Positions 1-11,240 are shown, numbered from the stretch's first letter. The stretch: 64,000 nt of DNA from an uncultured bacterium (GCA_963826535.1 CAWGXL010000011.1:192809-256808); one strand, 5' to 3'. Translations and numbers: made by a program. Notes: generated from the letters alone by a model not told the origin.

Positions 1-8
1 TCAGCAAA

Positions 9-764
9 ATGATTTCCGAAGTCTATTTGCATACAATATTTTTACTTTCGCTCTACCTTGTCGACAGGATCATCATTATAAATGAAGAGTGGGAAAAATC
101 CTTTTCTAATACACATAATGTTTTAAAGAAGTTTAAAAATAAAATATCTATTGCTCCGAATGGAGTGAATAGTAAATTATTTAAACCGTTAAATCTTCCA
201 AGGAATAAAAATACAATTCTATTTATATCGATTCTCGATAAATCGCACAAATTTAAAGGCCTGGATTATTTACTGGAGTCTTTAATTAGTGTTAGAAAAA
301 CACATCCTGACGTTACACTTTGGATTATAGGCGGCGGTGACGATAAGAACTTTTACATACGAAAGACAAAAAAATTAGGACTTGCCAAAAACGTGAAATT
401 CTTAGGGCAAATGAGGCAATCTGACCTCTCGAGTTACTATAACAAGGCTTGCATGTTAGTATTGCCTTCAACAAGCCAGGAGGGTTTTGGAAATGTGTTA
501 TTAGAAGCCAATTCTTGTGAAATTCCCGTAATTACAACCGGTATTGTCGGGATAGCTAAAGAGATACAGCAATATAAATGCGGGCTGATAGTTAAAATAA
601 AAGATTCAACTCAATTAGCTCATGCCATTGTGAAGTTGTTGGATGATCCCATATTAAGAAAAAGCATGGGGGGAAATGGGAGAAAATTGATTAAAAGTAA
701 ATACAATTGGGAAGGAATTGCCAACACGAATATAAGTGTTTATAAGGAGATTCTCAATAAATGA
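9..764 (+). CDS. Glycosyltransferase family 4 (GT-B); probably 5'-truncated by the window edge
   Basis: PNGV, KGLDYLL and LPSTSQEGFGNVLLEA (E-x7-E) motifs; most of the N-terminal Rossmann domain is missing. Confidence 0.85.
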   Translation: MISEVYLHTIFLLSLYLVDRIIIINEEWEKSFSNTHNVLKKFKNKISIAPNGVNSKLFKPLNLPRNKNTILFISILDKSHKFKGLDYLLESLISVRKTHPDVTLWIIGGGDDKNFYIRKTKKLGLAKNVKFLGQMRQSDLSSYYNKACMLVLPSTSQEGFGNVLLEANSCEIPVITTGIVGIAKEIQQYKCGLIVKIKDSTQLAHAIVKLLDDPILRKSMGGNGRKLIKSKYNWEGIANTNISVYKEILNK

Positions 765-2623
765 AAATAGTGCAAGTTGTTGCTTACTACCCTCCAAATA
801 TTGGCGGTTTACAAAATTGTGTTAAAGAAATTTCCGAAAGGCTCGTTGAAAAAGGCCACATAGTAGAAGTTTTTACTTCTGATATAGATTGTAAGAATGG
901 AAAACAAAAATCATCAAGAAACAATAAAATTAATTATTTAAAAGGTTGGCAATTTGCTCATTCTGCAATCATACCTTCTCTTCTCTTAAGACTAGCTCTA
1001 AATGTAAATAATTCAATTATTCATGTACACGTTGCTCATGTTCTGATTCCGGAAATAGTTTACTTGGTTTCAAAAATTAGAAATATTCCCTACATAGCTA
1101 ATATTCATTCGGATGTTGAAAGTTCGGGAAAATTTGGTTTTCTTTTAAAGCCGTACAAAAAATATATCTTGAAGTATGTTTTAAAAAATGCCTCAAGAGT
1201 AGTTTGCGCAACAGCAGATCAGAGAAAAATAATTATTAATAAATATAAACTTATAGCGAGTAAAGTCGTAGTCATACCGGATGGAGTTGGAGAAGAACAT
1301 TTTATAAAAAGAAAAAAATTTGTTAAAAGAACCCCTAGAATTTTAAATGTCGGGAGATTTGATGTAATAAAAAATATTCCGCTTTTAATAAATTCAGTTT
1401 CAAAAATGCGAGAAGATGTAATTTTAGATTTGGTTGGGGATGGGGAAAGAAGAAGAGAGATAGAGAAAGCAATTGAAGAAAAAAAATTAAAAAATGTACA
1501 TATGCACGGTATGAGAGCAAAGAAAGAAATTATTAGTTTTTATAAAAATGCGGATGTTTTTGTAATATCCTCTCATAAGGAGGGTCTTTCAATTGCAGTG
1601 CTTGAAGCGATGGCAGCAGGGCTTCCAATAATTGGTACTAATGTTCCGGGAATCAGGGATTTAATAAAAGATGTTGGAATTTTGGTACCTGACAATAATC
1701 CAAAAAAACTAGCAGTAGCAATAGACTCACTAGTATCCAACAAAAAATTGCAAAAGGAGTTATCAAGCAAATCACTAAATGCTGCCAGAAAATATAAATG
1801 GAATGAGAATGTCCGAAAATTTGAAAAAATTTACAAAGACGTGCTGGAAGAAAAGAGTAATGGCGACAAACAGGTAATAGTAACTACAAGTTGGGACGAC
1901 GGGCATATTTTGGATTTAAAACTCGCAAAACTTTTAAAGAAATATGGCATCAAGGCAACTTTTTATATTCCTCCGAAAAATCGGGAAATCCTTAAAAAGG
2001 ATTTGTTGTCGGATGACAATATAAAAAGTCTTTCAAATGATTTTGAAATAGGTTCACACACAATGACACATCCGAGATTAACCGACGTAAGCAAAAAAGA
2101 AGCGTTAAAAGAAATTGTCGAATCCAAAAAATATTTGGAAGATTTAATTGGGAAAAAAATAAATCTGTTTTGTTATCCCGGAGGAGAATATAACCATGAG
2201 ATAAAAAACTTAGTTAAGAAAGCGGGTTTTTTGGGAGCAAGAACCACGAAGCAGATGATAACTTGCGACCCGAAAGACCTTTTTGAAATTGGCACAACAA
2301 TTCATGATTTTCCTCTTTCACCTCGGGTAGTTGCCGGTAGGATTAAACATGCAATTAAAAATAACATTAGACTCGCTCCAATGTTGTTGACAAGAGATTG
2401 GGCCAGGATGGCGATAAATACTTTTGATTATGTAAATAAAAACGGCGGCATTTGGCATTTGTGGGGGCATTCCTGGATGGTAGAAAAATATAAAGATTGG
2501 GACAAGCTAGAGAAAGTTCTGAGCTATGTAAGCCGAAAAAATAGAGTTAAATATCTGACAAATTCAAAGACTATTTTGGAATTTCATCAGAATAAATTGG
2601 GTAAAAAAAGCTATAAAAAATGA
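761..2623 (+). CDS. GT4 glycosyltransferase fused to a C-terminal NodB/CE4 polysaccharide deacetylase
   Basis: aa 1-360 GT4 (YPPNIGG, EGLSIAVLEAMA); aa ~370-610 carry CE4 motifs TTSWDDG, HTMTHP, FCYPGG, HLWGH. Confidence 0.85.
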   Translation: MKIVQVVAYYPPNIGGLQNCVKEISERLVEKGHIVEVFTSDIDCKNGKQKSSRNNKINYLKGWQFAHSAIIPSLLLRLALNVNNSIIHVHVAHVLIPEIVYLVSKIRNIPYIANIHSDVESSGKFGFLLKPYKKYILKYVLKNASRVVCATADQRKIIINKYKLIASKVVVIPDGVGEEHFIKRKKFVKRTPRILNVGRFDVIKNIPLLINSVSKMREDVILDLVGDGERRREIEKAIEEKKLKNVHMHGMRAKKEIISFYKNADVFVISSHKEGLSIAVLEAMAAGLPIIGTNVPGIRDLIKDVGILVPDNNPKKLAVAIDSLVSNKKLQKELSSKSLNAARKYKWNENVRKFEKIYKDVLEEKSNGDKQVIVTTSWDDGHILDLKLAKLLKKYGIKATFYIPPKNREILKKDLLSDDNIKSLSNDFEIGSHTMTHPRLTDVSKKEALKEIVESKKYLEDLIGKKINLFCYPGGEYNHEIKNLVKKAGFLGARTTKQMITCDPKDLFEIGTTIHDFPLSPRVVAGRIKHAIKNNIRLAPMLLTRDWARMAINTFDYVNKNGGIWHLWGHSWMVEKYKDWDKLEKVLSYVSRKNRVKYLTNSKTILEFHQNKLGKKSYKK

Positions 2624-4935
2624 TAATAAATAGAAATAAATTATTTTCAGGGATTTTGCTATTTGCATTGATAACCGGTCTCTTGGTTTTTTTCGATATC
2701 AAATATTTATATCTTAGAGCGATTTTTTCGTTTCTCTTTTTGACATTTGTTCCGGGTTTTTTGGTAATGTTGATGCTTAAAGTCAGAAGAGTCGGTGGTT
2801 GGGAATATATAGCTTATACACTCGGTCTAAGTCTTTCATATTTAATATTTGTCGGTCTGGCTATAAACTGGATATTTCCGTGGCTGCAAATTACCGATAA
2901 GCCTCTTGCTTTGACGCCATTACTTTTCAGCTTCTATGTAACTCTCTCACTTGTCGGACTTATCGGTTATATACGAAATAAAAATATACCGTTTACAGTG
3001 AAATTCCCAAAGCTGGATCGTGTAAGTAATATCTTATTTATAATCCCTACCACTTTTCCAATACTGAGTATATTAGGAGCGAATACTCTTAATAACGGAG
3101 GTTCAAATTATTTAACAATGCTAACGCTTGGCGGAATTGCCGCTTTTGTTCTATTTGTAGTTTTAATAAGGGATAAATTAAAAGAAAACATTTACCCATG
3201 GTCAATTTTGATGATTTCCCTTTCATTGCTGTTAATGTTCTCTATGAGAAGCTGGCACATAATTGGGTGGGACATTAATCAGGAGTATGAAATGTTTAAA
3301 ACAGCAGCGCAAAACTTCCGCTGGAGCATGTCGGACTTTCCCAGACAGCCTTACAATGCCTGCTTGAGCATAACTATTCTTCCGACAATTCTGAATGCTT
3401 TTATGGATATCAATGACGAATATATTTTCAAACTATTTTCTCAAATTATTTTTTCATTTTCCGGCCTTGCGGTTTTCCTATTTCTTAAAAAATACGCGTA
3501 CAATGTCATTATATATTTGGCAAGTTTCTTCTTCATTGCCCAACCACAGTACATAATGGAAATGCCAACTCTTGTAAGGCAAGAGTTTGCCCTTCTTTTT
3601 TTCATTCTGTCCTTACTTGTTTTGTTTAACAACGCTATTAATTCAAAATTAAAAAATACCTTGTTTATTATTTTCGGGTTCTCAACTGTTGTTTCGCATT
3701 ACTCAACAGCATATATAACTACGACACTTTTTACCTTGATATATTTGGGAAGTTTAATGTATAGAAAAACTGAGAATAAGAAAATAATTTCTACTTTTTA
3801 CCGGAAACTTAGATTGAAAGGACGTAATAAGTTCGATAAGGCAAAGTATCATCTCAATGGGTTTTTGGTTATTGCACTCATTGTCTTCTCTTTTCTATGG
3901 CTTAATCAAGTAACAAAGGTATCGGATAGCTTGGTTGAATTGAGTCAGAAAACGCTCGTTAATATGGGAAGAATGTTTAGCGATGATATGCGAGTAGAAC
4001 ATACTTCTTTACTTAACCAATTCAATATACTTTATAAACCAAAAGATCAAGGAGAACTTTTAAAAAGTTATTTTAATAAAATAAATCTTGATTCTAGAGA
4101 TAGAAACTCAAGTTTATATTATCCTGCTTCACAATATTCATCATATAAACCTAAAGTTATTAATTCGAAAATTTTACCTTCAAATATTGACCCCGATTTT
4201 ACGCCCAAAATATTCATATTCTTAAGAATTATTGAAGTCTCCATCAAGTTATTGTTATTGGTCGGAATTTATTATATGGTAGTTACTAAATATAAAAACC
4301 AAAAGATGAATATAGAAATGGTGTTAATGATTATACTATCCGCATTTATAGTGGGAGCTGTGACCGTATTGCCGGTAGTATCTCTGCATTATCCTATTGA
4401 AAGATTATACCAACAAGCTTTAATTGCACTTTCCCTGCCGACAGTATTGGGGAGTTTATTTATTTTCAGACGTTTAGTAAATGAAAAAGTGGCAATAAGG
4501 ATTTCTGCTGTAATTCTGATAATACACTTTCTGTACGTATCGGGATTTATCCCACAGCTTGTTGGGGGATCAGAATCGCATGTAACTTTGAATAATTTTG
4601 GAAGAATATATGATCAAGTTCATACCAATGATGCTACCGTAATGTCAATTACTTGGTTGGCCAAAGAAAATAAACAACAAGCTCTTGTTCAGGCCGATAT
4701 ACACGGTCATTGGAGATTACAAGCATACGCCCTTACAAAAGATCCTTTGGCAGAGGTTATTCCACAAGTAATAAAGAAAGATGCATACGTCTATTCAAAT
4801 TACATAAATACAACTAAAAAACAAGGCTTCATAGCAGAGCTTGGCGTTGACATAGCGTATAACTTCCCTACTCTTTTTTTGAGCGAGAATAAAAATAAAA
4901 TTTATTCAAACGGTAGCACGGAGGTATTTAAATGA
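2620..4935 (+). CDS. Multi-pass membrane protein, DUF2206-like (possible GT-C or polymerase)
   Basis: Many TM segments, IIGWDINQEY and SHYSTAY motifs, C-terminal NKIYSNG; ATGA overlaps within the GT operon. Confidence 0.6.
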   Translation: MIINRNKLFSGILLFALITGLLVFFDIKYLYLRAIFSFLFLTFVPGFLVMLMLKVRRVGGWEYIAYTLGLSLSYLIFVGLAINWIFPWLQITDKPLALTPLLFSFYVTLSLVGLIGYIRNKNIPFTVKFPKLDRVSNILFIIPTTFPILSILGANTLNNGGSNYLTMLTLGGIAAFVLFVVLIRDKLKENIYPWSILMISLSLLLMFSMRSWHIIGWDINQEYEMFKTAAQNFRWSMSDFPRQPYNACLSITILPTILNAFMDINDEYIFKLFSQIIFSFSGLAVFLFLKKYAYNVIIYLASFFFIAQPQYIMEMPTLVRQEFALLFFILSLLVLFNNAINSKLKNTLFIIFGFSTVVSHYSTAYITTTLFTLIYLGSLMYRKTENKKIISTFYRKLRLKGRNKFDKAKYHLNGFLVIALIVFSFLWLNQVTKVSDSLVELSQKTLVNMGRMFSDDMRVEHTSLLNQFNILYKPKDQGELLKSYFNKINLDSRDRNSSLYYPASQYSSYKPKVINSKILPSNIDPDFTPKIFIFLRIIEVSIKLLLLVGIYYMVVTKYKNQKMNIEMVLMIILSAFIVGAVTVLPVVSLHYPIERLYQQALIALSLPTVLGSLFIFRRLVNEKVAIRISAVILIIHFLYVSGFIPQLVGGSESHVTLNNFGRIYDQVHTNDATVMSITWLAKENKQQALVQADIHGHWRLQAYALTKDPLAEVIPQVIKKDAYVYSNYINTTKKQGFIAELGVDIAYNFPTLFLSENKNKIYSNGSTEVFK

Positions 4936-5987
4936 ATATAGGAATCGTTCTGGTTTCGGATGAGTGGGCAGGAGCCGAAAGAGTCGTATATAATTTGTCA
5001 AAAAACTTGTCAAAAATAAAGGGAGTAAGCGTTACTCTTTTTATTAATCAGGAAGTTTTTAAATTATACGATAATGTCGGAGTTAAAAGAGTAAATATTG
5101 GTAAATATTCAAACTCAAATAAGCTCGTACACTTAATAAGCTACCTTATTCTAAAAAGAAATCTAAAAAAAGAGATTAAAAAAAGAAATATTGATGTATT
5201 AAATTCACATATGGAAATGTCCTATTTAATTTCCCCCAAAGAGAATTTAATCATAGTAAATCATGGGGATGATATTAAAAACCTTCTAAATCCTCCAAGC
5301 TTATTTAGCAAACTATTTATTCAAAGATTATCTAAGTCCCGTTTTGATGCATGTGAAAAAATAATCAGCGTTTCTAATTGGCAAAAACAAAAATTACCAA
5401 AAATATATAAAGAAAAAACCGTCGTAATTCCAAATGGCATAAACACAAAGGTGTTTAAAAAATTAAGAAACATTAAGCAAGAAAAAGCCATTCTTTTTAC
5501 AGGTAGATATATTGAGAGAAAAGGGTTCTTGGAGGTTTTGAAAGTTGCCGGTAAGCTTCCTCAGTACAAGTTTTGGTTCGCAGGATTCGGACGTTTGGAA
5601 AATAAAATTAATTTACCCAATACGGTCAATCTGGGATTTAAAAATACAGATGAATTGGTCAAATTATACAACCAAGTAGAGCTTTGTATTTTTCCGGCAC
5701 TCTGGGAGGCCTTTCCACTCTGTGGATTAGAAGCTATGGCATGCGGCAGAGCTGTTATTGCAACTCCTTTGGGATTCTCGGAATATATTGAAAACGGAAA
5801 AGACGGACTTATTGTCCCTTCAAAGAATACTGAGGTTTTAAAAAAAACTATTTTGCAAGTGATGAACGACAGCAAATTGAGAAAAAAATTGGAGAAAAAT
5901 GCAAGGGCAAAAGCTTCTCAATATTCATGGGACAAAGTGGCAGTCTCTTATTTGAAAGTGTTTACAAATATTAAATATGGAGATTAA
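4932..5987 (+). CDS. Glycosyltransferase family 4
   Basis: AGAERVV, IPNGI, GRYIERKG and EAFPLCGLEAMACG motifs. Confidence 0.9.
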   Translation: MNIGIVLVSDEWAGAERVVYNLSKNLSKIKGVSVTLFINQEVFKLYDNVGVKRVNIGKYSNSNKLVHLISYLILKRNLKKEIKKRNIDVLNSHMEMSYLISPKENLIIVNHGDDIKNLLNPPSLFSKLFIQRLSKSRFDACEKIISVSNWQKQKLPKIYKEKTVVIPNGINTKVFKKLRNIKQEKAILFTGRYIERKGFLEVLKVAGKLPQYKFWFAGFGRLENKINLPNTVNLGFKNTDELVKLYNQVELCIFPALWEAFPLCGLEAMACGRAVIATPLGFSEYIENGKDGLIVPSKNTEVLKKTILQVMNDSKLRKKLEKNARAKASQYSWDKVAVSYLKVFTNIKYGD

Positions 5988-7113
5988 AAATATATTTCAA
6001 AAATTGTCCATTAATAATAATCTCCATAAACCCGGAAATTATAGCTATACTGCCGATGTAATTCGCGTAATTGCAATAATGATGGTTCTCGCAATACATG
6101 TTTTTGGAACAATTATTTATTATAAAAATTATTTTGGAAGTTCAATTTGGTGGTTTGCAAACATTATTAATTCAATCGCACAAATATCCGTACCCTTATT
6201 CGTCATGCTTTCCGGGTATTTATTGTTGAGTAGTTCGAAATCCTATGGCGTGGGGGAGTTCTATAAAAGAAGAATAAAAAGAATAGGAGTGCCTTATATT
6301 GCATGGGCCATAATTTATTTAATACTGCAGTACGGCTTTTTAAGGGAGAGATTTTCTTTCCCCGACGTTTTAAGCAGAGTAATTAATGGTTCGGCATATT
6401 TTCATTTATACTTTGTAAATATAATCCTCGGTTTGTACCTCATTACTCCGGTACTCAAGAAATTTATAAGTTCGACTTCATCTAACATTCAGAGATACAT
6501 TTTAGCCGGGCTTTTTTCCGGTGTCTTTTTAATATATTTAATTAATTATATATTACGGCCGGCAGTTGACCCTTTTGACGGTTTAGGTATATTTATTCCC
6601 TACATTCCTTATTACCTTGCGGGGTATTATCTAAGGAATATAAAAATTTCAAAAAGAGCATTTTACTTAAGTTCTATTTTCGTTGTTGTCTTAATATCTC
6701 TAACGACAATATTGAATTATAAAAATATGCAGGCATTCGGTTGGGTAAACGTATTCAGTCCGAGAGGAGGATTTGATTATTTTTATCAGCATTTCAGTCT
6801 CAATGTAATCCTGATGTCCCTATTAGGATTCGTATTGTTGCATAATATGCCTTCACTATTCTCAAAAATAAGGACTCCGCTACTTAAAAAATCCGTATTT
6901 TTCGTTGCACCTCTCGTCTTTGGCATATATTTAATTCACCCCTTACTTATTGTTTTTATCGAACGCGTCCTTAAAGACCACGGCTTGTTATATTTCCAGG
7001 GAGAGCTCGTTTGGGCATTGTCATTCTTAAAATTTGTAATCGTATTTTTGATCTCCGGCTCAATTGTATATTTCGGCAAGAAAATTAAATACATAAATAA
7101 TATTTTTGGATGA
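5977..7113 (+). CDS. Acyltransferase_3 family O-acyltransferase (WecH/OafA-like)
   Basis: DVIRVIAIMMVLAIH, VPLFVMLSGYLL, KRRIKRI, YFHLYF and FGIYLIHP motifs; about 10 TMs. Confidence 0.85.
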   Translation: MEIKNIFQKLSINNNLHKPGNYSYTADVIRVIAIMMVLAIHVFGTIIYYKNYFGSSIWWFANIINSIAQISVPLFVMLSGYLLLSSSKSYGVGEFYKRRIKRIGVPYIAWAIIYLILQYGFLRERFSFPDVLSRVINGSAYFHLYFVNIILGLYLITPVLKKFISSTSSNIQRYILAGLFSGVFLIYLINYILRPAVDPFDGLGIFIPYIPYYLAGYYLRNIKISKRAFYLSSIFVVVLISLTTILNYKNMQAFGWVNVFSPRGGFDYFYQHFSLNVILMSLLGFVLLHNMPSLFSKIRTPLLKKSVFFVAPLVFGIYLIHPLLIVFIERVLKDHGLLYFQGELVWALSFLKFVIVFLISGSIVYFGKKIKYINNIFG

Positions 7114-8060
7114 TAGAAATTTTGGTTAAGGTTAAAAATAGAGTCGGTATCAAATTTCCCTTATTGACGGCTGTAGCTTATCAACTGCTCGGTAAAGAAA
7201 GAAGAGGGTTTGTTCCTGGCTCGGCAAGATATTGTTATTCCGTATGGTTACGGCATCTGGTCTTGATCTGCGAGAACGGGCTTTGTGCAAAATTAGATAC
7301 TGTCGGGGAACTCGGGCCCGGTGATTCATTCGGTGTGGGACTCGCTGCAATGTTATCCGGAGTAAATAAATACTATGCTTTTGATGTTGACAAGCACGCG
7401 AGTAGTCAAAAAAGTATTGAGATTCTTGATGAGTTGGTTGAGCTATTCCGCAAGCATGAGAATATTCCGGATGAAGACGAATTTCCGGAAGTAAAACCGA
7501 ATCTTGCCTCTTATGAATTTCCCAAAAAAATATTAACGGATGAATTACTTAACAAATCTCTGGCCAAAGATAGAGTCGCAAGTATTCGGAATGCTATTTT
7601 AAATAAAAGCAGGGATAAAAAGGTTGAAATAAAATATTTTGTCCCTTGGAATGATCTCAAGATTTTGAAAGAGAATTCGGTAGACTTAATTTTCTCTCAA
7701 GCGGTCCTGGAATATATCGAAAATCTTCCTCACGCTTATCAAGCGATGTATTATTGGTTAAAACCGGGAGGCATAATATCTCATACAATAGATTTCAGAT
7801 CTCATGGAACAGCAAGGAGATGGAATGGGCATTGGGCTCATTCGGATTTTATTTGGAATTTGATGAAGGGTAAGATAAACAGGCAGCCACATTCTGTATA
7901 TATTAATTATTTAAAAAAATATGGATATAAAATTGTTTGTGACAAAGTTGACAATAATGCAACCGGAATTAATAGAAAAAAACTTGCCAGCACATTTAAA
8001 AATTTATCTGATGAGGATTTAGTTACAAGCGGAGCTTTTATTCAAGCAGTTAAAGAATAA
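7110..8060 (+). CDS. SAM-dependent methyltransferase
   Basis: ELGPGD motif I, SVDLIFSQAVLEY, LKPGG. Confidence 0.75.
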   Translation: MIEILVKVKNRVGIKFPLLTAVAYQLLGKERRGFVPGSARYCYSVWLRHLVLICENGLCAKLDTVGELGPGDSFGVGLAAMLSGVNKYYAFDVDKHASSQKSIEILDELVELFRKHENIPDEDEFPEVKPNLASYEFPKKILTDELLNKSLAKDRVASIRNAILNKSRDKKVEIKYFVPWNDLKILKENSVDLIFSQAVLEYIENLPHAYQAMYYWLKPGGIISHTIDFRSHGTARRWNGHWAHSDFIWNLMKGKINRQPHSVYINYLKKYGYKIVCDKVDNNATGINRKKLASTFKNLSDEDLVTSGAFIQAVKE

Positions 8061-8092
8061 TGCATTTCCTAAATTGAAGATTTAAAAGGAGG

Positions 8093-9373
8093 CTATATAG
8101 TTTTTTTTGCGGAGGACTTATTAATAAAAAAGTTATATTTCCAAAGTATTATTAAGTATATAAGAGAAGTAATCGCTTCTCCGATCAGCCAACCCACTCC
8201 TACGCCATGCAAATTTGTTTTAATGAAAAGTAAGCTTAATGAAATAATCAAAAAAGCATTAATTATGTTTAAAAAAATCAGTAGCGATACTTTATGTTTT
8301 ATATAAAAAATAGAATTACCTATATAATTTATAGAAACAAAGATTCCGCTGAGCGCTAGTAACTGCAAGAAAATGACTCCTTCGCTTGAATATTCCTTTC
8401 CAAATGCTAAAAGAATATATTTTCCAAATAAAATTGTGATGGTAATTGAAGGTATAAGAAGTAAGGCTATTATTTTCACTGTTTTCTTAAGATGTGCTTT
8501 CAGGTAATTTTCGCTGCGGGAACCTTCTGCAAATAGGGATTGAGAAACAGCCATTGGTATTGAATAGAGAAGACTTGCAATCATCATGTCCATATAAAAA
8601 TATGCTGAAAATTTAGCTCCGATAGAATTTAATATTAATATCGGTAAAACCATCGCCGGTAATCCTCCGATAAATCCGGCAATATAATTTCCTAATGAGA
8701 ATTTAAACAATTTTTTTATAATACTCCCGTTTATTGTTAGTTTTAAAAAATAATTAAATTTTAAGATTAATAACAATAAGGTAAATGCAAAACCGACGGC
8801 ATAAGATATTCCTACTGACATAAAAATTCCGTATGCACCAAACGTAATCAGGAATATTGGAAGAGCTAATTTTACAACACTTAATAATATGGTTTTTATA
8901 AGAACGTATTTTGAAGATCTATAGGCTATAAAAATACTTTCGCTATTTTGGTTTAATGCAGATGCAACCACAAATAAGATGAATAATAAGGACAGAATAA
9001 CATCATCTTTAATAAAAGTAAGCGTTGGTGAAATGAATTTTACATTAATTAAAAAGAACAAAGCACCAACTATGGATGCAATACAAATGAGGGTAAATGT
9101 GGTATTTATTGTTTCGTTTTTTGACTTAGAAATCGGCAAATAGCGGACTAAGCTCGTTCCAAGACCAAGGGAGCTAAAGCTTGCGATTAATGCGACAACT
9201 GAAATAAGAGTTGTAGCAATTCCTACTTGTTCTGAGGAAAACAGTCTTGCATTGATAATCCAAAAGAAAAACCCTAAGAAGGCCATCACCCCCGTACTTA
9301 ACATCAAAAATATTGAATTTCTAAATAGGGAGTCTTTTGCCAATTGTTGGTAATAGTTTGAAATTATTTCCAT
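8093..9373 (-). CDS. Oligosaccharide flippase (Wzx/MOP family)
   Basis: LFRNSIFLM..LGFFFWIINARL start, about 12 TMs, located in the polysaccharide cluster. Confidence 0.8.
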   Translation of the reverse strand: MEIISNYYQQLAKDSLFRNSIFLMLSTGVMAFLGFFFWIINARLFSSEQVGIATTLISVVALIASFSSLGLGTSLVRYLPISKSKNETINTTFTLICIASIVGALFFLINVKFISPTLTFIKDDVILSLLFILFVVASALNQNSESIFIAYRSSKYVLIKTILLSVVKLALPIFLITFGAYGIFMSVGISYAVGFAFTLLLLILKFNYFLKLTINGSIIKKLFKFSLGNYIAGFIGGLPAMVLPILILNSIGAKFSAYFYMDMMIASLLYSIPMAVSQSLFAEGSRSENYLKAHLKKTVKIIALLLIPSITITILFGKYILLAFGKEYSSEGVIFLQLLALSGIFVSINYIGNSIFYIKHKVSLLIFLNIINAFLIISLSLLFIKTNLHGVGVGWLIGEAITSLIYLIILWKYNFFINKSSAKKTI

Positions 9374-9425
9374 TTATAAATAAAATTATGTTGGGCATTT
9401 TAGCGTAATGTAACTTGTTATGAAA

Positions 9426-10319
9426 TTAAAACAACCTTACTTTTTTAAAAAATTGTTTGTTTGAAAAAGTATTAGTATGAAGTTCACGAATACCGAGAAT
9501 ATAGTTTCTGGATTGTAATGGAAGATGAAAAAAGATTTTTTTTAACAAATTTTTTAGGTGGGTTTTTATAAAATTGTTCTCAAGTTGCTTATTTTTGTTT
9601 TCGTACATAGTTAAATAATCGGATTGCATGGGAGGACTTGAAAATATGGGTTTTAGTTCAGTTCTTATGGCATGAATCATTATGGTTACAGGTTTTTTTG
9701 ATATTAAACTTACCCTACGTTTCAAAAAAGCCGGGTCAGTCACAGAATAGCATTTAACTCGGGTACTTAACTCAGGACCCGAGAAGGGGTGTTCTACAAC
9801 TATTATATCCTTAATTTCAAAACCATTTGTTTGCTGAAGTATCCTAAAAAATAATTCCGGGCTGAATTGATAAAATCCATGTCCGAAGTGATTGTTTGCC
9901 ATGGAAAAAATAAAAAAACTTCCTCCTTTTTTAACCATTTTCATACAGTTTTCTATAGCTACTGGGAAATTGAATATATGTTCCAGAGATCCACCATCAA
10001 TAACGACATCAAACTTTTCGTAATAGTTTGCACCTATTGGCTTATTCATGTCATGGATAATTTCGCTTCCTTCATAATCGGAGAAGTCGAGGCTTTTTAC
10101 ATCTTTTGCACCGAGAAAAGATTTTAAAAAGTTATCAGCATATTCTTCGTATGAAAATTTAGCTGTCCCAATGTTTATGTCGTAGAATTTACTTAGATGC
10201 TCTATTTTTTTCTGCGAAACATATAATGTTTGATGACCAATGGTTAATATCTTATCGAAACGTATATTATTTTTTTTTGCTTTAGCAAGTAAAGCAACAT
10301 CGTGATATGCGAGTCCCAT
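9426..10319 (-). CDS. Methyltransferase-like protein
   Basis: FDVVIDGGSLEHIFN and KKGG motifs; GGAGG RBS upstream. Confidence 0.6.
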   Translation of the reverse strand: MGLAYHDVALLAKAKKNNIRFDKILTIGHQTLYVSQKKIEHLSKFYDINIGTAKFSYEEYADNFLKSFLGAKDVKSLDFSDYEGSEIIHDMNKPIGANYYEKFDVVIDGGSLEHIFNFPVAIENCMKMVKKGGSFFIFSMANNHFGHGFYQFSPELFFRILQQTNGFEIKDIIVVEHPFSGPELSTRVKCYSVTDPAFLKRRVSLISKKPVTIMIHAIRTELKPIFSSPPMQSDYLTMYENKNKQLENNFIKTHLKNLLKKIFFHLPLQSRNYILGIRELHTNTFSNKQFFKKVRLF

Positions 10320-10592
10320 TATTTCCTCCTTTTATACTTAGTGTTTTGTATTTTTTTCATATTGATTTAATTTAATTCAAATACTCCAGTACGAATATAA
10401 AAGTGTCCAGTAAATCCTGCGCAACTTGAACAGAGTTCTTATACAAAAAATCATTTTTGAAATGATAGTATTGGACAATAAGAGATTATACACTAAAGTA
10501 TACGCAGGCACAACTTTTATAAGCTTTACTATCTTAATGATAAAATTAAAATGATATAAACTAATACTGTTTGAAAATATTGGAAAAATTAG

Positions 10593-11240
10593 CTAAATAT
10601 TATTTAACACTGAGAAGGCTTTTTCAATATATTTTGTTTCCATTACAATTGTTAATTCGGTAAAGGTTGATATTATTTCGACAAAACTTATTTTTTCCCA
10701 TATTAATACCTTAAGAATTGAATAATATATTCCAACCATTTTTGTAGCGTCCGGGTGTATGCCAATCGTCAGGGAGGAAAGATTATTAAGGCTTGCTGAA
10801 ATAACTTCTTTTTTAAATATTTTTTTAATATCATTTTCGCAATTCACGCTTGCTATTATTGTTATCTGACTAACGCCGTGAGATACGGTTAGAAAAAGAT
10901 CTTTTCTTGCAGCAAATTTTTCAAGGAATTTATTTTGAGCACTTACAATAGTTGGAGAGTTGAGAAATGTGTAATCAACAAGATTTGAACGAAGAGTAAT
11001 ATCGCTCAAGTATTTGGAGAGGATTATATTACTGGGCAATTGTTTTTTTAACCTGAGAGTTGCTCTTTTCAATGCCATAATTATTGCGCCAGTCTTGATA
11101 TCTTTGAAGAGCTTTTTTTCAGCTTCAGGTTTAAGTAACCGCGCAAGAGAAGAATAATTAACAATATTACTGGTCAGCGCTGTTTCCAGTGAAGGCGTTT
11201 GTTTTATCAATTCATCCACTACTTGTGCTGTAGAAATCAT
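10593..11240 (-). CDS. ACT-like domain protein, putative amino-acid-sensing regulator (no kinase domain)
   Basis: N-terminal NYSSLARLLKP...AIIMALKR helical region; C-terminal EIISTFTELTIV ACT-like strand; divergent from dapBA; ATG at 11240 preferred. Confidence 0.55.
   Translation of the reverse strand: MISTAQVVDELIKQTPSLETALTSNIVNYSSLARLLKPEAEKKLFKDIKTGAIIMALKRATLRLKKQLPSNIILSKYLSDITLRSNLVDYTFLNSPTIVSAQNKFLEKFAARKDLFLTVSHGVSQITIIASVNCENDIKKIFKKEVISASLNNLSSLTIGIHPDATKMVGIYYSILKVLIWEKISFVEIISTFTELTIVMETKYIEKAFSVLNNI

Noticed and set aside
10426-10440. Additional SOS box TTGAACAGAGTTCTT
   Set aside because: Spacer is 3 nt rather than 4, and it is not upstream of a repair gene.
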